A DNA stretch of 64,000 nt, taken from NCBI RefSeq assembly GCF_036321535.1, contig NC_087436.1, positions 93,560,001-93,624,000 of the forward strand, in the 5' to 3' direction. Positions 1 to 11,288 of this stretch are shown here, piece by piece. Below the pieces are notes generated by a model. It saw only the letters and a program-made list of their open reading frames with translations, made no database searches and was not told the origin of the DNA. Origin of the DNA: Camelus dromedarius (lineage: Eukaryota). The translations under genes and the position numbers were made by a program. The stretch's first letter is position 1; each line of letters opens with the position of its first letter.

Positions 1-39
1 GCACAAAGTCACGCAGTGGTGTGTTTGAATGAGTTCTGA

Positions 40-175
40 TTTCAATTGTAAGCCTCAGTTTTCCTCATCTATAAAATGACAATGGTATCTTTACTGCCCG
101 TATCACAGTACTTTTAAGAGACTAACTTGCAAAATGCACCACAAGCAGTGAATTATTCTCAATGCTGTTACTTAT
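40..175 (+). mobile_element. MIR SINE fragment
   Basis: MIR core motif gcctcagttttcctcatctataaaatg near 52-78 followed by a degraded MIR 3' part; boundaries approximate. Confidence 0.7.
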
Positions 176-947
176 TATCCTGGCTAATATTATCAAATGG
201 TGTCTGTTAAGTATTTACATTTCTTTGACGGTCTGTGTCCTTCCTGGCTCATCTTGTAGTTTTCCAGGAGTTCGATCTAAAAAAAGAGTTACTGTTACTC
301 ATGGTGATTTATTAGGCTAACTCCACACAGAAGGGTTTTTATGTGTGGAAGTGTAGCTGATCTCACAGATGCAGTGGAGAGAGTCATTTATTAAAGTGGA
401 GAGAAGTCCCTGCACGGTATCTGGAAAGCAGAGTTCCTTTCTTTAGGGAAGAGTCAAACATAGGGTGGTTGAGTATGTGAATGTGTAGATGCCTAAAGCT
501 CTGGGTTTGTGATGGCTGTAGAGCTTGGGACTTGGAACTCTGTGATTTTTTTAAGGAAAAAAAAAACCCAACACTTAAAAAAAAAAATTGAACTTCATAG
601 AGTCTTTCTGAGACTTACTTGAGTTGACTTAGAGAAGTGGAGATGTGGTAATTTCCTTCCGGGGTGTGTTGATTAAAACATGATGAATTAACCAGGATAA
701 CCTGGAGCCGGAAGCTTCTTAGTGTTGCCTGAGGGGAAGGATATACGTGCATGAGATTAGGTTTAAAAAACTTGTGCTACACATTCAGCTGTAGAGCCTA
801 GTTAGAATTCATTCCCCAAATGGGCCGAGTTCAAACGTTTCATCGCCATGCCTTTTGCTAAAATGACTGGGCCACTCTTCTTTGGAATTGGTGTTACAGG
901 TAGTTTATGAGCCAGTCAGGAAAACTGACTCATGGTCACACTTTTTT

Positions 948-1166
948 CTTTTTTTAAAATAGACTTTTTTTTTTTAAAGAACAGTTTTAGATTTACAGAA
1001 AGATTGAGAAGATAGTCCAGAGTGCTCATAAACTCTCACCCAGTTTTCCCCTATTATTAACGTCTTACAATAATATGGTACGTTTGTTACAATTAAAGGA
1101 CCAATACTGATACATTATTATTAACTAAAGTCCATAGTTTGTTCAGATTTCCTTAGTTTTTACCTA
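948..1166 (-). mobile_element. L1 3' end fragment (L1MC1/L1MB-like)
   Basis: T-rich tail at left; reverse complement matches the recalled L1MC 3' UTR (aataatgtatcagtattggt...gtaacaaacgtacca...aataataggggaaaactgggtg...ctgtaaatctaaaactgttc). Confidence 0.8.
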
Positions 1167-1349
1167 GGTCAGAAACTACCCTTTTCACTTACTACTTTAC
1201 CCCATCACATTGGGCAGTTGTTTTCTGATAATAGTGGCTTTTCAACAGTTATTGATGGAGTGAATAAATGAACAAGATGCTCTGCCTGCCCTTAGATTGT
1301 TAAAATGTAGTAAGAAAGGATCAGGCCACCTTGCAAATGACACTCACAC

Positions 1350-1587
1350 TAGTGCTATAGAGTTTGGAAGCAGAAGCGCTATGTTTGCATGAATCCTGGT
1401 ACTGCTATTTACGACCCTTGTGATTGGGCAAGTCATCCGACCTCTCAAAGCCTGCTTCCTCACCAGTGAAGAGAGGGTAATGGCAGTGCCCACCTCAGTA
1501 GGGGAGGCATGAAATGAGTGAAGGCAAGAAGCCCTGCGAGGGACCAGGGCCCCACACGTGGGAAGCGCTCAGTAAATGTCAGCTGCA
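1350..1587 (+). mobile_element. MIR SINE, near full length
   Basis: gaatcctggtactgctatttac...tgggcaagtcat...cctgcttcctcacc...gcgctcagtaaatgtcagctg follows MIR consensus order. Confidence 0.75.
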
Positions 1588-1609
1588 GTTTTTACCCCGT
1601 GGGGTAGAA

Positions 1610-1835
1610 GGTGGTAAGTGTCAGGAGAGGTACAGTGTGTCATGGGGAGTCAGAAGAGGGGAGGTGCATGACCTCCCTCTTTGGGGAGGAGGTTAGGAAA
1701 GTCCTCCTAGAGAAGGTGGCATTTGAGATTGACCTAAAAGAATGTCAGCTTTCACCAGAGAGGTGATGACTGGACAGAGGAAATACCAGGTTGAGAAAAT
1801 ATCATACACAAAGGTATGGAGGTGGGAAGGCTTGA
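1610..1835 (-). mobile_element. L2 LINE 3' fragment
   Basis: aggaaagtcctcctagagaaggtggcatttgag...caaaggtatggaggtgggaag resembles the antisense L2 3' region. Confidence 0.6.
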
Positions 1836-1954
1836 TGAGAGAACGTTTTCAGGAGGAAAGAAATTATCTACGTAGATGGACTGTGTTCTAATATAGCAAG
1901 ACAGTAGGACAAGGGCCGTAAAACTACAGGGTCATAGATGTTTTTTACCTCATA

Positions 1955-2400
1955 TAATTTTAAACCTTAAATTCTGAAAGTTTTCACATACAGAAAAAAG
2001 AAAGGATATTGTAATGAACATCCATAGAGCCCCATCTGATTTGAATAATTATTAACATTTTTTCCTATTTACTTCATCTGTATAAATTTACATATTATTT
2101 TTTGCTGAAGCATTTGAAAATAAATTTTAGACGTCATGGCACTTTACCCCTAACTACTTTAGCATCCACCTCCAAGAAATGAAGAAGCTGCCCCATTAAA
2201 TGCAATACTATCACCATGCCCAACAAAAGTAACAATAGTCCCTAAATATCATTTATTATCAGCCCATAATCATATTTCCCAAATACTTAGTCCTCTAAGT
2301 CTTTAGCATTAAAAAAATTTTTTTTAACCAGAATCCAAGCAAATGACCATGTATTGCATTTTATTTGATTGTCATGCCTTTTAAGTCTCTTTAAATCTAA
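1955..2400 (-). mobile_element. Ancient L1 3' UTR (L1MC4/L1MC5/L1ME-like)
   Basis: gctgaagcatttgaaaataaattttagacgtcatggcactttacccctaactactttagcat and ccagaatccaagc...attgcatttt are typical antisense L1MC4/5 motifs. Confidence 0.7.
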
Positions 2401-3912
2401 AATTCCAATTAAGATGTTAAGACTTCTAGGTTTTGGAGTACAGAGATTATGGTTCTTTCCCCCTCCCCCACCCCATCTACATCCATATAATTCAAAATAA
2501 AAACAGTATTGAATCTGAATAAGATAAATGTAAGCAAGTCTGTGTAGATTCAGATTTTTTTCTCCCATCAGGATGATGACTGATGCTAGTTTTGAAATTT
2601 CAGCCGATCGCATTTAGCACCTCAGCATACAGTTGCCTTGAGTGGTCAAGCTCTAGACTCACAGAATTCAGTCAAGATACAGGGACTCACTGTTTTCAGT
2701 TGAGCTGAATGTCTGGCATGTCTGAAACTTCACAGACAAGAAGCCACATCCTTAGTAATACTGTGTAGACACGCAGAAGAAATTTTTAGTCCTGTTGGAT
2801 ATATAAGCCTTCCAGATTCTGAATTCCAGTCCTTCCAGGTCATTTCATGGTGAGTTTCACAATATTTCTTCAAGGCAAAAAGTCACTTAGTACTGTGGGT
2901 TAGAAAACAGAGGATGCAGAACCTTGCTTGTCCTACTTCAACCAGGAACACTCTGGTCACGCCATTGGCTGGTTGGGCGCCTCTTTGTTGTTGGCCCTTC
3001 TTGAGTCACAGACATCTGTGGCCAGGCAAGTGTCTGGAGTTGCTGCAGGTACGGGAGTGGGCATGAGATGCCCACCTGCCAGGGCTGCAACTTCTACAAT
3101 TCACAGGATAAGCCTGGCATCACTTGGAACTCCAGAGAAGAGGAGTCAGGTATTTGGGGAGTGCTTTCCTGCAAACACACTCCCTCTAATTGCCTTTTCC
3201 TAATGATCTCGCCTTGTTATGCTTTGGAAGGGGGCTCCTCTGAGGCTCATTTCTTTCCACCTCGCTTGCAGGTGCACAGTGAGTGGTGCTTTAATTTCTT
3301 CTACTTAGCCTTGTTGGGGGACCCAGCCCACCCCGCCTCTGCTCAGAGAAAGGCATTTCCACCTCCGTTTCAACTTTCATGCAGTTGTATTGACTCACTT
3401 GGAAGAGGTTCAGCGTCACTCCTTGTTTTTTCTTCTGTCCTTAATTTGGTTTGCCTTGTATTGTCTTCCAACTGAATGGATTCCTTCTCTTTCTTTTAAG
3501 GGAAAGGAACCTGAGAAAAACAATGCTTGTGGTGGTGACTGCTTGTTAAGGGTAATTACTGTTTTATGTTAATCTACATGTTAAGATGAGCAGACAGGGA
3601 ATTGCTAAATTCACCATCTTGTTATTTCCCAAGTCTGGTCCTTTTAAGTATACGTGTTGCTTAAATAAAGATATAGCCATGCAGCGTAGAAATGTCCAAA
3701 TGTACAGTTTTTTTATGCATGTGTACGTATAGCATTTAAAATTTTAATTTCCATCAGCAAGAATCATTATCGAATACTTGGAAATTATAGAAAAGCAGAA
3801 AGAAGAAACCCAGAGATAAGTAGCATTAACACTCTGTGGATTCACATCTGGCCATTTAGTCTACGTGTTATATCTCTGTAAATGGGCACAGTTTCGCTCA
3901 TGCTGTCCAGGA

Positions 3913-4067
3913 TGTTTTGTTACTCAAAAGTGTGGTCCATACATCAGCAGCACTGATGTCTCTTGGGAGCTTATTAGAAATGCGGAAACTCGGGCTCCAC
4001 CGCAAACATTCTGAATCATGATTTGTAGTGAATGATATTACATATACGTTAAAATTTGGAAGCACTT
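3913..4067. mobile_element. MER5A hAT-Charlie DNA transposon (MITE)
   Basis: gttactcaaaagtgtggtcc...cagcagca...tgggagcttattagaaatgc...aaaatttggaagcact matches MER5A. Confidence 0.8.
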
Positions 4068-4267
4068 CTCCAGAACACAGTACCCCCAGGGCAGCAGGTG
4101 AAGCAGGTAGGACCCAAAGGCCAAGACTCTCCGTTTCTCTCCATTTCCCATCTGTCACTCTTTCTTAAAATAATTTCCTCGCTATGTGATAAAGATAAAA
4201 ATAAGGGCAATTTTTTAGTGAGACATAGCAGCCCTGATGAGGAACCCAACTGTCTCATGCATAAACA

Positions 4268-4345
4268 TTTCATTCAGTGAACATTCATTAAGTGCCTACT
4301 GTGTTCCAGGCACATATGCGGCAGGCCCGGACCCTGCAGTGAAGA
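4268..4345 (-). mobile_element. L2 extreme 3' end
   Basis: cattcagtgaacattcattaagtgcctactgtgttccaggcaca is the antisense L2 terminal motif. Confidence 0.6.
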
Positions 4346-4614
4346 CTTGCATATTCTGCAGTGGAAGCATGCAGAGGGCAAGGAGGAGGGGGTGGTTGGT
4401 TCTGCAAGGATGGGGGGCTGGAAGTCAGAAAGGAAAAATGGTCTCTGGGCTGAGTCTTGAAACATAATTCTGTGAACATGAGTTATGAGTAGTACTTGGT
4501 TCTGGAGAGAGCACGAAGTTGGATAAAATGGATCCGTTCCTTCAGGGATTCTGTGCTTGATTTAAGGACAGAGGACAGTGTTTAAAATGATAAATACAAT
4601 CTGAAGCCCGTTGG

Positions 4615-4792
4615 TGTTAGGGTAGAACCAGATCAGGGTCTTAATATCAGCTTTACAACTCTGTGACCTCACTTGTCTGAGTATCCATTTCTTCTGTAGA
4701 TGAAAATGAAATAAACTACTTCAGAGAATTAGTGATTTTTAAATAAGGTAACATTGCAAAGCACTTGCCTACAGTGGGTGCAAATTCAGTGC
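4615..4792 (+). mobile_element. MIR SINE
   Basis: ctgtgacctcacttgtctgagtatccatttcttctgtagatgaaaatg...aaataaggtaacattgcaaagcactt. Confidence 0.6.
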
Positions 4793-5624
4793 TGTGTGGC
4801 AAAGATATTTAAAAAGTGCCAAGTGAGTGCTGTAGACAGAAATATTGAGAAGAAACAGAAAGAAGAGAGGCTGTTTCTACCTGGACTATGAGAGCCCTCA
4901 TGGCCAATATGGCCTTGAAGATGTGGACGAGGAAGAGACGGTGGAAAGAGTGGGCCAGTGGGAACCGAAGTGAAAGACAAAGCTGCACTTTTGAGACTAC
5001 GTAGACCAAGAAAAGAGGTAACAGAAACAAGGGATCAGGTTTGGAGGAGGAGAACGCTGTTTCAGACACTCAGTTTGAAGCAGTTGCCAAGAGCTTCAGG
5101 TCTGGGATGCAGGTTTGCCTACATGGATCGTTATTCAGATGCACCCTGCTACCCCTCACCCCCCGCCCCTGCAACTTGGTCAGGGGCAGGCATGAAATCG
5201 AATGCTCAGCTTTCCTGGTCACCGTGTTTGGTCAGTGTAAATCTTGCAGAGGGACCCTTTTGGCTCACTGGAAGTGTCCACATCTACCCCGGATTTCTTA
5301 CCCAGATGGAAGACAAGGCAGAAGGTTTTAAACCTTGAGGCTTCCGTCTTCTTCGAAATGTGTGGAGGAGAACTGAACTTCTGTTGCTAGTTTTTATGCA
5401 TTGTTATCCTTTTCCTTGGGTTTTTTTTTTTTTCTCAATCTTCTTCCCCCCAACTAATGACAGAAGAGAAATGAATTGGATAAAAGTTTTTTGAAAAATG
5501 GACAAAATGGTGTATCACCCAGTGGTCCATATTTGTATTTGTGTCAGTTTCCTTTCAACCATGAGCTCCTTTATATGGAATAGACACAGCCTGCAAGTAA
5601 CCACAGTTACTGGCTTTTATAGGG

Positions 5625-6720
5625 TACGGCCAGCCCACCATATAAAATACTAACATTTTGCCAAATTTGTTTTATCTGTCTCTCTGTTTCTGTCTCTCTT
5701 TGTCTCTGAGTATGCAAACTTTAAAGCATTTTTGCTGAACCGTTTGAGTTAGTTGTAGAGATCATGACCCTTTACCCAGAATACTTTACCATGTATCTCC
5801 CAAGCACAAGAATATTCTCCCCTTAACCCAAAATACCTATTCAAATTTCCCCAGTTATTCCCATAATGTCTTTTATAACCCCTCTCCTCATCCACAATTC
5901 ATCAACAGTCATTCATTGCATTTGTCTCCTTTCCTTTAATCCAGAACAGTCACCCTGGTTTTGTTTTATTTTTGTCATTCATGGCACTGATATCTTGGAA
6001 AATTCCAAGACAGTTGCCTTGTAGAAAGCACCATAATCTGGCTTTGTTAGATTGTTACTTTATGAGGAGATACAGTTTAAGCCTTTTGACAAACACACTA
6101 CATAGTGGTTGTGGAGACATGTGATGTTCGATTATCCTATAATTGATTATGCCAACCATCACTTGGGTAAGGTGGTCTGCCAGAACTCTCCATTATAAAG
6201 ATACCTTTCCCCCTCAGTAAGTGGTAAGTAATCAGCGGGGTGATACTCTGAGACTGTGTGAGTATCCTGTTCCACAGCATCCCTTTCCCTAATGGTTTTA
6301 GCAGCCATTAATGACTGTCGACTGAATCAATCATTGCCTTGGTGGTTGCAAAGTGGGATTTTCTATTTCTGCTCTTCCTTTAGTGTTTATTAGGTGGCTT
6401 TCTTTGCAAAGAAGAATGTTCCACTATCCCCCTTCTCATGAGTATCTATGGATTTATGGTTCCTTTTTTAATTCAGTGTGTTCTAATTCATCGATATCAT
6501 TCTTTCTGTTGTTTGAACTGTCCCACATTTGGCCAGAGGGAGACCCTTCAAGGCAGCTCCTATGTTCTTTTGTCATGTCTGCGTTAATATTTTAGCACTT
6601 CTTCGCTCTCTGGCATAGCAAAATGTTCTGGGCTTATCTTGTACTTTCCTGAAGCCCAGGCTGGACCCAAACACTTCTCCTATGAGCTAAGGTATTTAGA
6701 AAACAAGATCTGGGTACTCA
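5625..6720 (-). mobile_element. Ancient L1 3' UTR (L1MC4/L1MC5-like)
   Basis: tttgctgaaccgtttgagttagttgtagagatcatgaccctttaccc, tgatactctgagactgtgtgagtatcctgttcc and ggtatttagaaaacaagatctgggtact are recalled L1MC4/5 3' UTR motifs. Confidence 0.75.
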
Positions 6721-7856
6721 AGCTTTCCTTTACAAATGCATATAATCCAGAGGAAGTTTAAAGTCATTAATCATTTGTTAAAGATCCCCCATCCCCCAGC
6801 TTCTGCTAAAGTATTCCCATGAAGTAGTTGGGAGTTTAGAAGTTGGAAGGAAATGACCACTGAGAGAAAGAGGCCATCAAAAGTGAAGGTCATTGGGCTT
6901 TAGATTCAAGGCGGCACAGTGATGCAAAAAGGGGAAGGAGACAGTGCCAAAGACCAGTTTAGATTATGCTGGAATTCTGCCCACGGAGTGACTGGAGAGC
7001 CTGAGAAAATAATTTCTACTTGTTTTCCAGGTAGACTCTGAAAATTGCTTGCCCTTTTTAATATCTGGTAATACTAAGAGAATATATTCCCCCGAGCTAC
7101 ACATATGCTAATTCTTAGAGCAATTTAAGAAATATAGTTTCCGTACTGAGAATTTCTAAGTGCTCTGTATTTTCAGAGTCAGTGTGAAGTATGTATAGAT
7201 GGATGTATATTTCAGCATGTTGTCCTTTAAAAATTAAAATTCATAGTTTTTATTTTGAACAGTCGTAATTGAAAATAGTATCTGAATTTACTTGCTGATT
7301 GTATTTGGTTGCAAATTATTAAAGGTAAATGTGTGCAGCGTTTTAGGCTGCAACTTGTGAGACACAGAAGCCAAGAATTTCAAGGTTATTTTCCAAAGTA
7401 ATCAATATGCATTTAATAAAATGATAGGGTCTCTGTTCTTGAACAGACTGATTTTTCTGGAATGCAGTATCTCCTCTGTGATCTCTTTTTGTATATAATA
7501 GCATAATTAAAAGGTTCATTTGCCTTTTCTATTCTTTAAAACAAAACAAACAAGACATGAAGCCAGTAGCTTTGTTTCCATTTGATAGGGAACTTATGAA
7601 AATGCTTAAAAATACAAAAGCAAATTTGAAACAGAAGGGTTTTGTTTTTGTTTGTTTTTCATTGAAGTCAGCATTTTTGAAAGTAAGAAAAAAAAACCAA
7701 AAAACAAAAAATAGAGACCAGTACATCTGTACTTTGTACAGCAGGAATATGGTTGTTATTCAGATGTATACGCTGAATGTTACAGATGCTTTGTAATTTT
7801 GTGAAACAACCCCCCCCACACACACACGTACACAATCACTGATTTTTAATCCTCAG

Positions 7857-7992
7857 TGTATTCATGAGAGTGGAGAGCCGTATTACAGCAATTGCTCTAC
7901 ATCAAATCGTTACTGAATATTTAGTGTGCCAGTAAGGTTACACTGAAAATGGAAAGGGATCCATCATTTGAATGTACTGCTGGCAAGCACAG
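7857..7992 (+). other. Candidate alternative or cryptic exon (136 nt)
   Basis: Acceptor tcactgatttttaatcctcAG (AG 7855-7856) and a consensus donor CAG|GTAAGT (GT at 7993). No transcript evidence available. Confidence 0.3.
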
Positions 7993-9530
7993 GTAAGTGA
8001 TCTCAGGTGTGTGGTGGCCAGGTTGTTCCAAATTGGCCTTGACTCCTGAGTGTTCTCACCATTCAGTTCTTAGGTGATGTCACTGTGTGGGGTTAAACTA
8101 AGCAGACTTATGACTAAGGAGTCACCATTTTTGGCAAATGGATTATTTTCAAAGCCCAGTTCTATGGTTATTGGGAAAATTTTAATATAACTGAGTTCTT
8201 TTGGAGGTTGTAAAGATCAGTCTCTCTTTTCTTGCTTTCTGTTTAAAACTCCCAGAGAGAGGCACTCATCCCCCCACCCAAATCCATCGCTCTTTGTATT
8301 TCTTTAATCTCAATCTTGTTTGAAAGGAGCTTTATCCAGAGCACAATTTCTTCATTCATAACTAAATTTCTTTCAGGCATTAAAACAGCTTATATGCAAT
8401 TATATAATTAAAAATCCTCCTTCATCTGGATTTACTAAATCCATGACTGTTTTAGCCAGTACAAGCAAACTATATTTTGGCCTCTGTAATGGATTTATAT
8501 ACTTTGAACATCTCTGTTGGGACTGTATATGTCCTTGAATTGTGAGGTAGCAAATACCTTCAGGGATTCAGTCATGTGACTGGATCTCTTAATACTTGCG
8601 GAGGGAGCATCTGGTGTCCTTGTTCTTGGACTAGTGTTCATTCTACTGACTGGATTCACATGTGAAATTAACATGTGCATAAAAAGAGGTTTGTCCCACC
8701 AAATGCCTTAATCCTATTTTTATGTAGAATATTGTTATTTTTAGTTGTGAAAGTAGATGTAAGCACTGTGGAAAATATGAGTATCACAGGAAAATGCAAA
8801 GAAAGTAAAAATTATTTGACCCTAATTCTATAATCTCTAATTAGCAAGTATACAAATGTTGACTTTTTCTTTCATTCCAGTCATTTTTCCAGGTACAGAT
8901 AACTTTTAAACAAAATTGGAATTGTGTTGAACATATCATCTTATAGTCTGCATTTCCAGTGAACACTGCTTAAAAGCATTTTCTCATTTTATGAAATATC
9001 TTACAGATTAAAAAAAAACCCTGTTTATCCATTGCTAAAGATTTATATTTTTTAATTGCTTGAAGTGTTATTACCTATAATAGAAAACTTCTTTGTACAT
9101 ATCTTTATGCATATCTTGGACCTTTTTTTAGGATGAATTCAATCTTTTAAAAATTTATTGGTTTCAAGGAATGACAAGTAATTTATTCAGTTTGTCCTTT
9201 TCAGCAAGTCCAGTTAAGCCCTCTTGTCTGCAAGAATCTATCTTTATAACACGATCATGTTGGTCTGTCCAGAGTGGTGCAGTAACACCTCATTTATTTA
9301 ACACCTTTAGGGAACTTCTCATAAATAAATTTTTCACATAACTGAAACTGACCCTTAGAAGTGTCTCTATTAGGTTATTGTAAACCCAATATGTGAGTGA
9401 AGATCTTTTTTAAATGGTATTACATATGTTACTATCCTCTTTAATATAATACAAATATATGAAAATCATAATTTAACCCCTCTGGTTTAAATCACAAGCA
9501 TCCTTATAAACACTGTTTATAAGGTTATTG

Positions 9531-10100
9531 TGTCTGTTCTGCTAAAATGCAGTATGTGTGTTTCTAAAAACCACCATGCTATGCAAAATCATGCCGTAAA
9601 ACCCACAGTAATTCTGGGGAAAATGATCGGGGACGTAATGCTCAACACCTTTATCAGTGACAGGTTAAAAAATAAAGCTAGGAACCGAATCAAAACTGGA
9701 GCACAATTTTACACATATTAGTTGGTTAAGAAATAAAGAAATGTGTAATAGCTATGGCACTTTACCTTTAAGTCCGGATGTTTGCCTGTGGACTGAGGCC
9801 TTGGAAGGGTTGCAGCTTCTGAGTCACTGTGAAGTGTTGGAAGGAGGGTTACCTGAGATCAGAGGGAAAGTTGGGGCACCCAGTGTGGAGGGGCGGGACT
9901 CAGCACACTGAGGGGAACCGAGATCGCTGGCAGATACTTGAGGGTGGGCTTTGGGCATTCTCTGTGTCCTCAGGCAGCTGGGTTCCGCCCTGCGCAATCT
10001 TCTGTTATTACCTAGTGTTTCTTGCAATGAAATCATGCCTAAACAAATGTGAAATTCGAGTTGTGCTCAAGTTCTCCCTACTCTATCAATCTTGGAACAC
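9531..10100 (-). mobile_element. Tigger13a-like TcMar-Tigger DNA transposon
   Basis: Left end gtctgttctgctaaaatgc resembles the TIR. Internal tatggcactttacctt, ggaagggttgcagctt, gtgaagtgttggaaggagggttacctga, cctagtgtttcttgc and aaattcgagttgtgctcaagttctcccta follow the recalled Tigger13a consensus in reverse. Confidence 0.75.
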
Positions 10101-11182
10101 ACACAGTGATATTGGAGCTCTGAGTGTGCTGTGTGGTACCATGGTGATTCTAGGGGATATTCTGCTTGTCTCTGTCCTAAATGGAGTTAATAGATGTGAG
10201 AGCACCTAGAAAAGAATCTGGCATAATAGTCAACACTGTGTAACAGCAATAGTAACAATGTAATAGTAACTGTAACCTAGAACAGTGACAATGACTGTAG
10301 GAATAAATGATGCATACTGATGTCTGTGAGATTCTGCCTGCCTTTTGTAGCAGTGCTTCCTGCCTCCTCCTAATCAATCTATTTCTTAGTCTCTTATGGC
10401 TTTTAAATAATTGTATCATACTTCTTAGAATTACATCTAATGTGAGGCCCAGAATGGGAGAGCCTGATAGGTGCACAAACATTAGGTTATGGTTTACCTG
10501 TGGCGTCTGCTACACCTACTTAAACTCTTTTATCTTATGAATGAGTTATTACCTATATATTCATTCTCAGGATTGTTGGGGAAGTAACTTATGTTTTTAG
10601 TGAGATTATCATCAGGTAGAATTTTTGGATTTTCAGTTTTATTAGAAAAAAGTTAACACGACTGTCTTCTCATTACCACTTGCAAAAGTGAAGTGTGCTT
10701 AAATGGATACGTCTGAAGGGCATTTAAAAGTTGTTGATGGATCTCATTAAGTTGTTATTGTTCACTTCTATTTACAACTGCTTCTGTGTTTGTGAGATGA
10801 GCTCATCTTTGGAAAGTGGGGCAGGCAAGTGTGATTTCCGAAGACCTTTCCTCCCAAGTCGCAGTATAATTAGAAGTCCAAACCCTCCCTCAGTTGCCTT
10901 TTATGACTCCCTGAGAAGGGCATTTTTACCATGAACGGTTGCCAAGAAACCTTGTTGGTTCCTACTTTAGTAACTTTAATAAGATGACAGATCAAAACAC
11001 CATCTAGATTTAGCAAGTCTTGTTAGTATTATTCTGCAAGAAAAGTAGCTAACATAGTTCATCATGTGGATATTCCGGTGAAATCTGTATTTTAATTATG
11101 TGGAGACTGGATAGCAATGGGGTGTTTTGGTTTTTAATTTCTGACTTTGAATTTTAACTTTTCGTGTCTACACAATTTCTAG

Positions 11183-11288
11183 ATATATTTGGGCTGCCTG
11201 ACCTCACTGAGTGATTGCTATTAATTAACAAGACTTTGTGGGAAAAGGGAACTTGCCTTCTGAGCTTTGTACCAAAGACCTGGGAAAA
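11183..11288 (+). other. Probable non-coding (5' UTR-type) exon, 106 nt
   Basis: T-rich tract then ttctAG (11181-11182); donor AAA|GTAAGT (11289-11294); no ATG; stop codons in all three frames; lies in a block with no repeat I could recognise. Confidence 0.65.
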
